Source: an uncultured cyanobacterium (GTDB taxonomy: Bacteria; Cyanobacteriota; Cyanobacteriia; PCC-6307; Cyanobiaceae). From it: a stretch of 64,000 bases of DNA. A program made the position numbers and the translations under genes. Location: the NCBI GenBank assembly GCA_963697335.1, contig CAVONQ010000002.1:96001-160000 (forward strand), in the 5' to 3' direction. The notes under the pieces are model-generated. The model did not search any database and was not told where the DNA came from. It saw nothing but the letters and a program-made list of their open reading frames with translations. Shown here piece after piece: positions 39,738-49,722 of this stretch. Every line of letters starts with the position of its first letter. The stretch's first letter is position 1.

Positions 39738-40529
39738 CTAAGGGGCTGTCTTGCCCTTGCCCCCCGGGGGGATGGCGCCCTGTTGGCTGGCCCAGCGCAG
39801 CTGGCGGACCATCCCCCGCAGCAGGGCGGTGTCCTCGCTGGTGGGGGTGGCGCGCTGGAGCAGGGCGCGCAGCTTGGCCATCCGCGCCCGGGCGGTGTGG
39901 GGGTAGAGGAAGCCCACGGCCAGGAGCAGGGACTCGGCATCGCTGAGCAGATCCTCGAGCTCGCCGCGGCGGCACGGCTCCAGGCTGGCCTGGCTTGCCG
40001 GAGCGGGCCCTGCCAGGGCCTGCCAGGAGTGAAGAGCCAGCGCAACGGCATGGGAGAGGTTGAGGGAGCGGTAGGGGGTGGCGGTGTCCAGGTGCAGCAG
40101 GCAGCCGGCCTGCAGCAGTTCATCGTTGCTGAGGCCCCGGTCCTCCCGGCCGAACACCAGCGCCACGAGCTTGTCCGGCGGCCCATCGGCCAGCCAGGTG
40201 AGGGCCGGAATGGCGCCCAGCAGCGGCAGGGGCTCCCCCTCACCGCGGCCGCTGGTGGCGACCACCCGGTGGCAGTCGGCCAGGGCTGCCGCCAGGTGGG
40301 GGAACATCCGGGCCCGCTCCAGGTGCTCCACCCCGTGGACGGCCATGCGGCGGGCCTCCTCGCCGAGGGGATCACAGCGGGGGGCCACCAGCCGCAGTTC
40401 CTGAACATCGAAGTTGGCGCAGAGGCGCGCCACGCTGCCCACGTTGAGGGGGCCGGCAGGCTCCACCAGCACCACCGCCAGCGGCGAGACCCCCTGCCGG
40501 GGAGGGCTCGCCTCGGGGGGCTGTGTCAC
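39738..40529 (-). CDS. trmJ: SPOUT RNA methyltransferase, TrmJ/LasT family
   Basis: VLVEP.GPLNVGSVAR, FGREDRGLSN.EL and SLNLSHAV motifs. Confidence 0.88.
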   Translation of the reverse strand: MTQPPEASPPRQGVSPLAVVLVEPAGPLNVGSVARLCANFDVQELRLVAPRCDPLGEEARRMAVHGVEHLERARMFPHLAAALADCHRVVATSGRGEGEPLPLLGAIPALTWLADGPPDKLVALVFGREDRGLSNDELLQAGCLLHLDTATPYRSLNLSHAVALALHSWQALAGPAPASQASLEPCRRGELEDLLSDAESLLLAVGFLYPHTARARMAKLRALLQRATPTSEDTALLRGMVRQLRWASQQGAIPPGGKGKTAP

Positions 40530-40903
40530 ACCAGCCCGTTCAGGTAGGCCAGCAGATCCGCCATGGCCTGGGGTTCGGGCTGGAAGCGCGGCATCGGCGG
40601 CGTGCGGCCGCTCACCACCTGCTGAATCAACTGGCGCTGGTTCTTGCGCTGGGAGACGCCGTGCAGGTCGGGGCCCACCAGGCCCTGGGCGGCAATGCCG
40701 TGGCAGCCGCTGCAGTTGAGCCTGAACAGCTGGGCCCCGTGCTCCACCGACCCCCGCAGTTCCAGGGTCTGGCGGGTGTAGGGGTCTCGGCGCGAGGCCG
40801 GCAGCACCAGCAGGGCCACCACCACGCAGGCCGCCGCCGCCGCCAGCACGAGGGCCGCCACCAGGCCCCGGGGAATGGAGGGTTGGACGATCTGGCCGGT
40901 CAT
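40526..40903 (-). CDS. cytM: cytochrome cM
   Basis: TM helix, then NCSGCHG heme motif, GLVGPDL and TPPMPRF..MADLL.YL. Confidence 0.85.
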   Translation of the reverse strand: MTGQIVQPSIPRGLVAALVLAAAAACVVVALLVLPASRRDPYTRQTLELRGSVEHGAQLFRLNCSGCHGIAAQGLVGPDLHGVSQRKNQRQLIQQVVSGRTPPMPRFQPEPQAMADLLAYLNGLV

Positions 40904-40939
40904 CGAGGCTGGTGGGGGCTGCAGGGCACGGATGAAGCT

Positions 40940-41719
40940 CTACGGACGTGGCGAGGCAGGATCAACGTTGGCATTGCCTGCCACAACAATGGCGCTGCCC
41001 ATGGGAAGATTGTGGACTGAGGCCTGTTCCGCGTCCCCATGATCGAACCCCTGCTCTGCGGCATCGTGCTCGGCCTGGTCCCTGTGACGCTGCTGGGTCT
41101 GTTCGTGGCCGCCTGGAACCAGTACCGCCGCGGCAGCGTCCTCGACGCCTGACGGGCTGCAGGCCCCCAGGATCAGCACGCTGGTGGAGCCGTAGCGCCG
41201 CAGCTGCAGCACCGACCATGCCGGTGGCACGGCCGGAACATCGTCGCTGGCGCATTCCAGCAGCAGCTTGCCCTGGCTCCTGAGCCAGCCGCCCGTGGCG
41301 ATGGCCTGGGCGATGGCTGGGTAGAGACCCGCCCGGTAGGGCGGATCGGCGTAGATCAGGTCGAAGGGCTGGCCGGGGCAGCCCCGCTGCAGCCAGCGCA
41401 CCACCTCGCAGCAGTGCACCTGCGCCTGGCCAGGGCCTGGTCCAGCCGCCGGCAAGCCGCCCAGCACCAGCTCCAGGTTGCGCCGGGCCAGGGAGGCCAG
41501 GCGGCGGTCCTGCTCCACGGCCATCACCAGCCGGGCGCCGCGCTGCAGGGCCTCGCAGGCCATGGCGCCGCTGCCGGTGCAGAGGTCCAGCCAGCGGCAG
41601 CCGGCCAGAACGGGGGCCAGGTGATTGAGCACGGCCTGCCTCACCCGTGCCGGCGTGGGCCGGGCCTTGGCGCCCGCAGGGCTCTCGAGCTTGCGGCCGC
41701 CGCTCAGGCGCAGGCTCAC
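40940..41719 (-). CDS. rsmD: 16S rRNA (guanine966-N2)-methyltransferase; reading frame runs antisense through petG
   Basis: [37 protein letters not shown] and RRYG motifs. Confidence 0.9.
   Translation of the reverse strand: MSLRLSGGRKLESPAGAKARPTPARVRQAVLNHLAPVLAGCRWLDLCTGSGAMACEALQRGARLVMAVEQDRRLASLARRNLELVLGGLPAAGPGPGQAQVHCCEVVRWLQRGCPGQPFDLIYADPPYRAGLYPAIAQAIATGGWLRSQGKLLLECASDDVPAVPPAWSVLQLRRYGSTSVLILGACSPSGVEDAAAAVLVPGGHEQTQQRHRDQAEHDAAEQGFDHGDAEQASVHNLPMGSAIVVAGNANVDPASPRP
41039..41152 (+). CDS. petG: cytochrome b6f subunit V (not in the ORF track)
   Basis: Translates to [37 protein letters not shown]. Confidence 0.96.
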   Translation: MIEPLLCGIVLGLVPVTLLGLFVAAWNQYRRGSVLDA

Positions 41720-42381
41720 GGTGTCCGCTCTCCCGGCAGCTGCCCGGCTCCCCCACCCCTGGGCTGCTCCAGCCAGTGCAGCCAGCGCCGCAGCATCGCC
41801 TCACCCGCCGCCGCCGACTTCTCAGGGTGGAACTGGCAGGCGGCGATCGCTCCCTGCCACACCGCCGCGCTCACCAGTTCCCCCGCCACACTCACCCAGG
41901 CGGTGGTGCAGGCCGGGTCCACGGGATCCGCGGCGTAGGAGTGCACGAAATAGACCCAGGCTTCTGGGGAGTCGGCGGGCAGGAGCGGACTGGCCTTGCC
42001 CGGCAGCAGCGGCTCCCAGCCCATGTGGGGGATCGGATGGCCCGGCTTGCGGGGCAGGGCCCGCACCCGGCCGGGGATCAGCCCCAGGCCCCGGGCGCTG
42101 CCCTCGTCGCTGGCCTCGAACAGCAGCTGCAGGCCCAGGCAGATGCCCAGCAGGGGGAGGCCTGCGCCGCACCAGTCGCGGGTGGCGGCGGCAAGCCCGC
42201 TGCTCTCCAGCCTCTCCATGGCCGGGTCAAACGCCCCCACGCCCGGCAGCACCAGGCCGTCGCAGCCCTGCATCTGCTCGGCGGACTGCACCGGCACCAC
42301 CGCGGCCCCCAGGCGCTCGAAGCCCCGCTGCACCGAGTGCAGGTTGCCCATGCCGTAGTCGATCAGGCCGATGCGCGTCAT
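41716..42381 (-). CDS. hisH: imidazole glycerol phosphate synthase, glutaminase subunit
   Basis: IDYGMGNL, LPGVGAF, GICLG.QLL, PHMGW, YFVHSY and QFHPEKS motifs. Confidence 0.96.
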   Translation of the reverse strand: MTRIGLIDYGMGNLHSVQRGFERLGAAVVPVQSAEQMQGCDGLVLPGVGAFDPAMERLESSGLAAATRDWCGAGLPLLGICLGLQLLFEASDEGSARGLGLIPGRVRALPRKPGHPIPHMGWEPLLPGKASPLLPADSPEAWVYFVHSYAADPVDPACTTAWVSVAGELVSAAVWQGAIAACQFHPEKSAAAGEAMLRRWLHWLEQPRGGGAGQLPGERTP

Positions 42382-43376
42382 GGCAGCTCCTGGCGCGTTG
42401 GCTCTGTGGGCAGGTCGAAGCCGTTGAGGCTATCGATCAGCTGGTACAGCCGCCCCATCCGCCGCCTGTCGAAGTGAAAGCGCAGACAGGGGCGCAGGAA
42501 GCCGCGCTCATCGATGCTTTCGGCGGCCTGAATGCTGCCCTGGTCCACCAGGTCGTCGTAGCTGTGGTTCAACTGGCGCAGCTGGTCGGCCGTGAGGGAG
42601 GCGTTGAGCAGCAGCTCCACCCGGTCGCCCTGCAGGGCGGCGGCGTGGAACCGGCGGTAGAAGCGGCCGATCTGGGCCATGGCCGCCTCGGCGCTGTCGG
42701 TGAGGAACAGCAAGGAGGTGTCCTCCGGGGAGATCAGTCCCCGCTCCTGCATGGCGGTGAGGCTGTGGTCCTGCCAGCTGAGCCAGAAGGGGTCGTCCGG
42801 GGCGGCCAGCAGCACCAGGGGGATCGGCGGGGTGCGACCGGTCTGGATCAGGGTGAGCGACTCGAACAGTTCGTCGAGGGTGCCGAAGCCGCCGGGCAGC
42901 ACCACCAGGGCATCGCTCTCCCTCAGGAAGAACAGCTTGCGGGTGAAGAAGTAGCGGAAGTGCAGCAGCCGGCCATCGCAACTGCTCACGATCGGGTTGG
43001 GATGCTGCTCAAAGGGCAGATCCACATTCAGGCCGATGCTGCTGTCACAGCCCGCCCCCCGGTTGGCCGCCTCCATGATGCCGCCGCCGGCACCGGTGAT
43101 CACTTCAAAGCCTGCGGCCACGGCGGCTTCGGCCAGCTGCTGGGCCAGGACGTAACTGGGATCATCCAGTTCGGTTCGGGCCGAGCCGAACACGGACACC
43201 TTGCGCACATCCCGGCGCGGACGGAACACCGCCAGGGCTTCACTGATGTCCGCCAGGGTGCCCTCGACGATGCGCCAGGCCTCGGGCTCCTGTTCCTGGC
43301 GGCAGATGTCCAGCAGCGACACCAGGGCCCGATCAATCAGGCGGCGCTGGGGATGGCCCTCCCTCACCGCCGCCAT
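42378..43376 (-). CDS. LOG-family nucleotide phosphoribohydrolase (long form)
   Basis: VSVFGSAR, ITGAGGGIMEAANRGA, YFFTRK and PGGFGTLDE motifs. Confidence 0.88.
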   Translation of the reverse strand: MAAVREGHPQRRLIDRALVSLLDICRQEQEPEAWRIVEGTLADISEALAVFRPRRDVRKVSVFGSARTELDDPSYVLAQQLAEAAVAAGFEVITGAGGGIMEAANRGAGCDSSIGLNVDLPFEQHPNPIVSSCDGRLLHFRYFFTRKLFFLRESDALVVLPGGFGTLDELFESLTLIQTGRTPPIPLVLLAAPDDPFWLSWQDHSLTAMQERGLISPEDTSLLFLTDSAEAAMAQIGRFYRRFHAAALQGDRVELLLNASLTADQLRQLNHSYDDLVDQGSIQAAESIDERGFLRPCLRFHFDRRRMGRLYQLIDSLNGFDLPTEPTRQELP

Positions 43377-43441
43377 GGCATCCAGGGGACTGAGACCGCC
43401 GCCGCGGGTGGCGGCCTGGATGGGCTCGCGGCGGATCGGCT

Positions 43442-43765
43442 TCAGAGGTACTTGGTGATGGTGCCCGAGAGGGTGGTCTTGGGTACGGCCCCCACCACCG
43501 TGTCCACCTTCTGACCAGCCTTGAACACCATCAGGGTGGGGATGCTGCGGATGCCGTACTGACTGGCGACGTTGGGGTTCTCGTCGGTGTTGAGCTTGAA
43601 CACCTTGATCTGGCCCTCGAACTCCTTGGCGATTTCATCCACGATCGGCGCCACCATCCGGCAGGGGCCACACCAGGGCGCCCAGAAGTCAACCAGCACG
43701 GGCACGTCGCTCTTGAGCACGTCCTGTTCGAAGGAGGCGTCGGTAACGGCGGCTGCGCTGGACAT
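43442..43765 (-). CDS. trxA: thioredoxin (m-type)
   Basis: [11 protein letters not shown] and GIRSIPT motifs. Confidence 0.97.
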   Translation of the reverse strand: MSSAAAVTDASFEQDVLKSDVPVLVDFWAPWCGPCRMVAPIVDEIAKEFEGQIKVFKLNTDENPNVASQYGIRSIPTLMVFKAGQKVDTVVGAVPKTTLSGTITKYL

Positions 43766-43800
43766 CCTTGTGGTGATCGGGTTTCTGCAATCTAGCAAGG

Positions 43801-43835
43801 GCTTGCCTGGTCTCCCCTGAGGAGGCCAGGCAAGC
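43801..43835. promoter_or_regulatory. 15-bp-arm inverted repeat upstream of trxA
   Basis: GCTTGCCTGGTCTCC-CCTGA-GGAGGCCAGGCAAGC, next to a TAGATT -10-like hexamer (minus strand, 43789-43794). Confidence 0.5.
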
Positions 43836-43854
43836 GTTGCAGGGCGTTAAGGAC

Positions 43855-43915
43855 AAAAGGCCCGGACGTGCCGGGCCGGAGGGTGTGAGGAGTGTGCGAG
43901 CGGTTAGGCCCCCAC
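43855..43915 (-). ncRNA. yfr1: Yfr1 small RNA
   Basis: ACTCCTCACAC undecamer (43883-43893) between a 5' hairpin and a GGCCCGG/CCGGGCC-TTTT terminator; canonical guaB-trxA location; TATCTT -10 box just upstream. Confidence 0.9.
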
Positions 43916-43931
43916 GGTTTCAAGATAGGAC

Positions 43932-45095
43932 TTACTTGCCCATGCCCAGCTGCTGGGCCTTCTGATACACCTTGCCCTCGGTGAGCAGGGAAGGGGCCAC
44001 CACCACCTCCACCTGCTGCATCTCCTTGAGGGTGCGGGCCCCCAGGGTGCCCATGGAGGTGCGGATGCAGCCCAGCAGGTTCTGGGTGCCGTCGTCGAGG
44101 CCTGCCGGACCCCGCAGGATCGTCTCGAGGCTGCCGGTGGTGCCCACCTGGATCCGGGTGCCCCGCGGCAGCACCGGGCTGGGGGTGGCCATGCCCCAGT
44201 GGAAGCCCCTGCCCGGGGCTTCGCTGGCCCGGGCAATGGGGGAGCCGATCATCACGGCGTCAGCTCCACAGGCCAGGCACTTGCAGATGTCTCCGCCGGT
44301 GACGATGCCGCCGTCCGCCACCACCGGCACGATCCTGCCGGTCTCGGCGGCGTAGTCGTCGCGGGCGGCGGCACAGTCGGCCACGGCTGTGGCCTGGGGG
44401 ATGCCGATGCCGAGCACGCCGCGGCTGGTGCAGGCGGCCCCGGGACCGATCCCCACCATCACCCCGGCGGCGCCGGCCCGCATCAGCTTCAGGGCCACCT
44501 CGTAGGTGACGCAGTTGCCGATCACCACCGGAACGCCGAAGTCGCGGCAGAGGGCCTCGAGGTCCAGGGTCTGCTGGCCCTCAGGCCCCACGTGCTCGGT
44601 GCTCACCACCGTGGCCTGCACGAAGAACAGGTCGGCACCGGCTGCGGCGATCGCCTTGCCGAAGCGAAGGGCGGCCACCGGCGTGGCGCTCACCGCGGCG
44701 ATGCCGCCCCGGTCCTTGATCTCCCTGATCCGCTGGCGGATCAGGTCTTCCCGCACCGGCTGGCTGTAGAGCTCCTGCATCAGCCCCACGAACTCGTTCT
44801 TGCCCACCGCCGCAATGCGGTCGAGCACGGGGTTGGGGTCGTCGTAGCGGCACTGCACGCCTTCGAGGTTGAGCACGCCAAGGGCCCCCTGGCGGGTCAG
44901 CTCCACGCACATGCCCACGTCCACCACGCCATCCATGGCACTGGCGATGATCGGGATCTCGCGCTTGATCCCCCCCAGGGTCCAGCTGCTGTCCGTCACG
45001 GCCGGGTCTACCGTGCGTCCGCCGGGCACCAGGGCGATCTCGTCGATGCCGTAGGCACGACGGACGGTTCGGGAGCGGCCCAGCTGGATGTCCAC
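43932..45095 (-). CDS. guaB: IMP dehydrogenase, GuaB3 family
   Basis: [37 protein letters not shown] and WGMAT motifs. Confidence 0.94.
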   Translation of the reverse strand: MDIQLGRSRTVRRAYGIDEIALVPGGRTVDPAVTDSSWTLGGIKREIPIIASAMDGVVDVGMCVELTRQGALGVLNLEGVQCRYDDPNPVLDRIAAVGKNEFVGLMQELYSQPVREDLIRQRIREIKDRGGIAAVSATPVAALRFGKAIAAAGADLFFVQATVVSTEHVGPEGQQTLDLEALCRDFGVPVVIGNCVTYEVALKLMRAGAAGVMVGIGPGAACTSRGVLGIGIPQATAVADCAAARDDYAAETGRIVPVVADGGIVTGGDICKCLACGADAVMIGSPIARASEAPGRGFHWGMATPSPVLPRGTRIQVGTTGSLETILRGPAGLDDGTQNLLGCIRTSMGTLGARTLKEMQQVEVVVAPSLLTEGKVYQKAQQLGMGK

Positions 45096-45164
45096 CGGAA
45101 ACTGACGTATTCGGGTCAAGCTATCAAGTGGTCTGACGCGCTCGGCCGCCGCCGGGGCAGGCCC

Positions 45165-45764
45165 TCAGCTGCTGCCGAGGAACGACTCCCAGCGCTGCTT
45201 GAGGCCGGCAACCAACTCGCGGCGCTCGCTGCTGCGCAGCAGTTTGGGCAGGCCCTGGCGCACCACCCAGATCACCCCCACCAGCTCCAGCAGGCCGGGC
45301 ACCAGGGGCAGGCCGTTCAGCGCGCCGAGCAGGGAGGCGTAGAGGCGCAGCACCAGCACCACCGCCACCAGGGCCAGCAGGGCCGTGAGGGGAGTGCGGG
45401 CCTGCTGCCAGATCCGCTGCAGTTCGCCGCTGGCCAGCCAGTCCTGCAGCTTGCCGCTGAGCAGGGCCCACTCGCCCCCCTCAGCGTCGGCGGCGTCCGC
45501 GCCCTCCAGGGGCGGCACGGTGATGGTGGCGGCGATGCTGGGGTCCAGGGCGGGGCTGGGGGCCGGGGGCGGGCTTGTGGCCGGGGGCTCCACCGGAGCC
45601 GCTGCAGGGGCGGCCGCTGGGGTGGCAGCAGGCGCCTGCTCCTTCTGAGCCAGGTCCGGCTGAGCCAGCTCCGGCTGAGGCGGCTGCGGGGGGGTGCCAC
45701 TGGGCTCGGCCTCGGCCCCCATCGAGGGGGTTGGGCTCGTCTCAGCCTTGTTCTCCTCAGCCAT
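45165..45764 (-). CDS. CAAD/CurT-domain thylakoid protein with a Pro/Ala-rich N-terminus
   Basis: EGGEW.LL, two TM helices (…LGALNGLPLVPGLLELVG…), LLRS.ERREL. Confidence 0.8.
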   Translation of the reverse strand: MAEENKAETSPTPSMGAEAEPSGTPPQPPQPELAQPDLAQKEQAPAATPAAAPAAAPVEPPATSPPPAPSPALDPSIAATITVPPLEGADAADAEGGEWALLSGKLQDWLASGELQRIWQQARTPLTALLALVAVVLVLRLYASLLGALNGLPLVPGLLELVGVIWVVRQGLPKLLRSSERRELVAGLKQRWESFLGSS

Positions 45765-45834
45765 GGCCCTCCGGAAACCCTGCGGTGATCGTGGTCGGGG
45801 GGAGCTTAAGCGCGGTTCCCGTGCTGGTCAGACA

Positions 45835-46989
45835 TCAGGGATCGAGCGGCACCTGGGCGGATCGGTTCCCCAGGGTCCGGCTGGGCAGGCGCAGCGGGAA
45901 ATGGCCGGCCTGCAGGTCGTGCACCAGTCGCTGGGCGATCTCCTCGGCCAGGCGGGGACTGTGGGCCGGGGCACAGCGCACGGGGCGGTCCCGCAGCCGG
46001 AAGCTGCCCTGGATCAGCTCGGCGTAGCTGACGCGGCCGAAGGCGGGTTTGACCCGCCTGGGCAGGGCCAGATCCAGCACCGTGGCCTCGAGCTCTGACG
46101 CCCCGGCCGCGGCCTGGCGGGCCCCCTGGAGGTGGAGCAGGGGTACCGGCGCGGCGATCGCCACCAGCAGGGCGGCGCCATGGCCCTCGAAGTGGGCGGC
46201 CCGGAGCCAGCGGCGATCGAGGCCGTGCAGATCCACCGCCACCGCCGCCACGGCCCCGGGGGTGGTGGCATGGCCGCTGGCCTGGCGCCGGGGGTTGGGC
46301 TGGTGGCCACTGCCGCTGCCCATCACCCAGCCGATGCTGCCCGCCACCAGCACGGGGGATCCGGGCCCCAGCAAGGTCAGGCCGGGCATGGTGAGGCCGA
46401 TGCTGCCGGCGCCAGCGCAGCTGTAGAGGCCTGTGGTGAAGGGGCCCAGCAGGGGGCCAAAGGGGCTGTGGCACACCCCGGGGGCGCTGCTCACCGCCAC
46501 CAGGCCGTTTTCGGCGATGGCGCGATGCAGCAGCAGGCGCCCGGCGCCGATGCGCTGCAGGCTGAGGTCGGTGTGGAGCTCCCGCCTGGGGTGCAGGGGC
46601 GTGGCCTCGCCACTGGCGTCGAGGGGGAGGGTGTGGCCCGCCAGCAGTTTGTCCAGCACGGCGGCGCCGCTGAGCCGGTCGGGGTCCGCCAGGCCACCGC
46701 CGATCGGCAGCACCAGTTCGCCGCTGCCGCCGCTGGCCAGGCCGCTGACGCCGCCCAGCTGCACGCCGTGCAGCCGGATCGGCGGATCACAGGGGCCCAG
46801 GGAGAGGTGCAGGCAGGCCTGATCGGTGAACACCGCGTCGGCGGCCACCACCACATCGGTGCTGGCAAAGGCCGCTTCGAGCCCCTGCTGCTGCACCAGG
46901 TGGCGGTAGGCGCTGGCGTCGCGCACCCGCAGGTCGCCGCGCTGCTGCCGCTGCTGCAGCTCGGCTTCGCTTCGCATCGGTGGCTCCAT
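45835..46989 (-). CDS. DUF39 / homocysteine-biosynthesis (aspartate-semialdehyde sulfurtransferase-like) family protein, diverged
   Basis: MRSEAEL...TDVV...LG..DPPIR, G.G..VL.AG..GWV.G.G..H.P and ..Y.EL..G...L..R.V..AP..S motifs. Confidence 0.7.
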   Translation of the reverse strand: MEPPMRSEAELQQRQQRGDLRVRDASAYRHLVQQQGLEAAFASTDVVVAADAVFTDQACLHLSLGPCDPPIRLHGVQLGGVSGLASGGSGELVLPIGGGLADPDRLSGAAVLDKLLAGHTLPLDASGEATPLHPRRELHTDLSLQRIGAGRLLLHRAIAENGLVAVSSAPGVCHSPFGPLLGPFTTGLYSCAGAGSIGLTMPGLTLLGPGSPVLVAGSIGWVMGSGSGHQPNPRRQASGHATTPGAVAAVAVDLHGLDRRWLRAAHFEGHGAALLVAIAAPVPLLHLQGARQAAAGASELEATVLDLALPRRVKPAFGRVSYAELIQGSFRLRDRPVRCAPAHSPRLAEEIAQRLVHDLQAGHFPLRLPSRTLGNRSAQVPLDP

Positions 46990-47073
46990 GGTCTGTGGCC
47001 TCAGCGGCGGGCGGGGCCCCGGAACAGCGGGCGGAGCTGTCGATAAGATGGGGGGTGTTGAAGGTTGCCCTGC

Positions 47074-49722
47074 ATGGCGGATCCCACCGGACCGAACAAC
47101 TCCGGTGACTCCGGTTCCAACGGTGATTCTCGGATCATCCAGACCGACCTTCGCAACGAGATGTCGCGCTCCTATCTGGAGTACGCGATGAGCGTGATTG
47201 TGGGCCGGGCCCTGCCCGATGCCCGCGATGGCCTCAAGCCCGTGCATCGCCGCATTCTCTATGCGATGTACGAACTGGGCCTCACCAGCGACCGTCCCTA
47301 CCGCAAATGCGCCCGTGTGGTGGGCGAGGTGCTCGGTAAGTACCACCCCCACGGGGATACGGCCGTGTACGACGCCCTGGTGCGCATGGCCCAGGATTTC
47401 AACATGCGCATGCCCCTGGTGGATGGGCATGGCAACTTCGGCTCGGTGGATGGTGACCCCCCGGCCGCCATGCGGTATACGGAGTCGCGTCTGCAGGCCC
47501 TCACCACAGACTCCCTGCTGGAGGACATCGAAGCTGAGACGGTTGATTTTGCCGACAACTTCGACGGGTCCCAGCAGGAACCCACGGTGATGCCGGCGCG
47601 GATTCCCCAGCTGCTGCTGAATGGCTCCACAGGCATCGCTGTGGGCATGGCCACCAATATTCCGCCCCACAATCTCACCGAACTGATTGATGGCCTGCTG
47701 GCCCTGATCGAGGATCCTGAGCTCAGCGAGCAGGCCCTGATGGCCATCGTGCCGGGGCCTGACTTCCCGACGGGCGGGCAGATCCTGGGCCGCCGCGGCA
47801 TCCGCGAGACCTACACCACCGGGCGCGGTTCGGTGACCATGCGCGGTGTCGCCTCGGTGGAGACGCTGGAAGTCAAAGGACGCCCGGACCGCGACGCGGT
47901 GATCATCACCGAGTTGCCCTTCCAGACCAACAAGGCCTCCCTGATCGAGCGCATCGCCGAGCTCGTCAATGACAAGAAGCTGGAGGGGATCTCGGACATC
48001 CGGGATGAATCGGATCGCGATGGCATGCGCATCGTGATTGAGCTGCGCCGCGATGCCTATCCCCAGGTTGTGCTCAATAACCTCTTTAAACTCACCCCCC
48101 TGCAGAACAACTTCAGTGCCTACATGCTGGCGCTGGTCAAGGGTGAACCGGTGGTGCTCACCCTGCTCAAGATGCTGCAGGTGTTCCTCGATTTCCGGGT
48201 CGAAACGATCGAGCGACGCACCAGATATCTGTTGCGCAAGGCGGAAGAGCGCGACCACATCCTGCTGGGCCTGCTGATTGCCCTCGACAGCCTCGACGCG
48301 ATCATCGCCCTGATTCGTGCCGCCGCCGATGCGGCCACGGCCCGGACGGAGCTGGTGCTGCAGTTCGGCCTTTCGGAGATCCAGGCCGACGCGATTCTGC
48401 AGATGCAGTTGCGCCGGCTGACGGCCCTGGAGGCCGACAAGATCCGGCTGGAGCACGAGGATCTGCTCGCCAAGATCACCGACTACAAGGACATCCTGGC
48501 CCGGCGCGAACGGGTGTTCGGCATCATCACCACGGAGCTGGGGGCGATCCGCAGCCGCTACCTCTCCCCCCGCCGCACCGAGATCCTCGATCTCGAAGGT
48601 GGCCTGGAAGACATCGACCTGATCGCCAACGAACGTTCGGTGGTGCTGCTGACCGAAACCGGCTACCTCAAGCGGATGCCGGTGAGTGAGTTCGAGGCCA
48701 CCAGCCGGGGCACCCGCGGCAAGGCCGGCACCCGCAGCCAGGGGGAGGAGGCCGTGAAGCTGTTCATCAGCTGCAACGACCACGACAACCTGCTGCTGTT
48801 CAGCGACCGCGGCGTGGTGTATGCGGTGCCGGCCTACCGGGTGCCCATCTGCAGCCGTGCGGCCAAGGGCACGCCGATCGTGCAGCTGCTGCCGATTCCG
48901 CGGGAGGAGCAGATCACCTCCCTGCTGGCCGTGAGTGCCTTCTCGGAGGATGCCGTGCTGGTGATGCTCACCAGTGGCGGCTACATCAAGCGCACCCGGC
49001 TCTCCGCCTTTGCCAACATCCGCGCCAACGGCCTGATTGCCATCTCGCTGGAAGACGGCGATGACCTGCGCTGGGTGCGGCTGGCCCTGCCTGGCGACAG
49101 CGTGTTGATCGGCTCCCTCAAGGGCATGACGATCCACTTCCGCCTCAGCGACGAGGAGTTGCGCCCCCTGGGCCGTACAGCCCGTGGCGTGCGGGCGATG
49201 CAGCTGCGTGCCGGCGACCAGCTGGTGAGCATGGATGTGCTCTCGGCCGACCTGGCTGACCGGGTGGCCAACAGCAGCAGCGCCGACGAAGCGGCCGTCG
49301 ATGATCTGCCGATCGAGGTGGCCCCGAGCGAAGGGCCCTGGGTGCTGGTGGCCAGCGCCAGCGGCCTGGGCAAGCGGGTGCCGGTGGATCAGTTCCGGCT
49401 CCAGAAGCGGGCCGGCATGGGTCTGCGGGCGATCAAGTTCCGCTTTGACGGCGACGTGCTGGTGGGGCTCAAGGTGCTGGGGGCCGGCGAGCAGGTGCTG
49501 CTCGTGACCGAGAAGGGAGTGATCGTGCGCACCGAGGCCGATGCCATTCCCCAGCAGTCGCGGGCGGCCACCGGCGTGCGGCTGCAGCGACTGGATCGGG
49601 GCGACCGCCTGGTGGAGATGGTGCTGGTGCCCCCCGCCCTCGAGGACGAGGAGGAGCCCGTGGAGTCCGTGGAGCCCGTGACGGAGGCTGATCCCGAGGG
49701 CAGCGACGGGGAACCGGCCTGA
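47074..49722 (+). CDS. gyrA: DNA gyrase subunit A
   Basis: [29 protein letters not shown] and GPDFPTG motifs; beta-pinwheel C-terminal repeats. Confidence 0.96.
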   Translation: MADPTGPNNSGDSGSNGDSRIIQTDLRNEMSRSYLEYAMSVIVGRALPDARDGLKPVHRRILYAMYELGLTSDRPYRKCARVVGEVLGKYHPHGDTAVYDALVRMAQDFNMRMPLVDGHGNFGSVDGDPPAAMRYTESRLQALTTDSLLEDIEAETVDFADNFDGSQQEPTVMPARIPQLLLNGSTGIAVGMATNIPPHNLTELIDGLLALIEDPELSEQALMAIVPGPDFPTGGQILGRRGIRETYTTGRGSVTMRGVASVETLEVKGRPDRDAVIITELPFQTNKASLIERIAELVNDKKLEGISDIRDESDRDGMRIVIELRRDAYPQVVLNNLFKLTPLQNNFSAYMLALVKGEPVVLTLLKMLQVFLDFRVETIERRTRYLLRKAEERDHILLGLLIALDSLDAIIALIRAAADAATARTELVLQFGLSEIQADAILQMQLRRLTALEADKIRLEHEDLLAKITDYKDILARRERVFGIITTELGAIRSRYLSPRRTEILDLEGGLEDIDLIANERSVVLLTETGYLKRMPVSEFEATSRGTRGKAGTRSQGEEAVKLFISCNDHDNLLLFSDRGVVYAVPAYRVPICSRAAKGTPIVQLLPIPREEQITSLLAVSAFSEDAVLVMLTSGGYIKRTRLSAFANIRANGLIAISLEDGDDLRWVRLALPGDSVLIGSLKGMTIHFRLSDEELRPLGRTARGVRAMQLRAGDQLVSMDVLSADLADRVANSSSADEAAVDDLPIEVAPSEGPWVLVASASGLGKRVPVDQFRLQKRAGMGLRAIKFRFDGDVLVGLKVLGAGEQVLLVTEKGVIVRTEADAIPQQSRAATGVRLQRLDRGDRLVEMVLVPPALEDEEEPVESVEPVTEADPEGSDGEPA

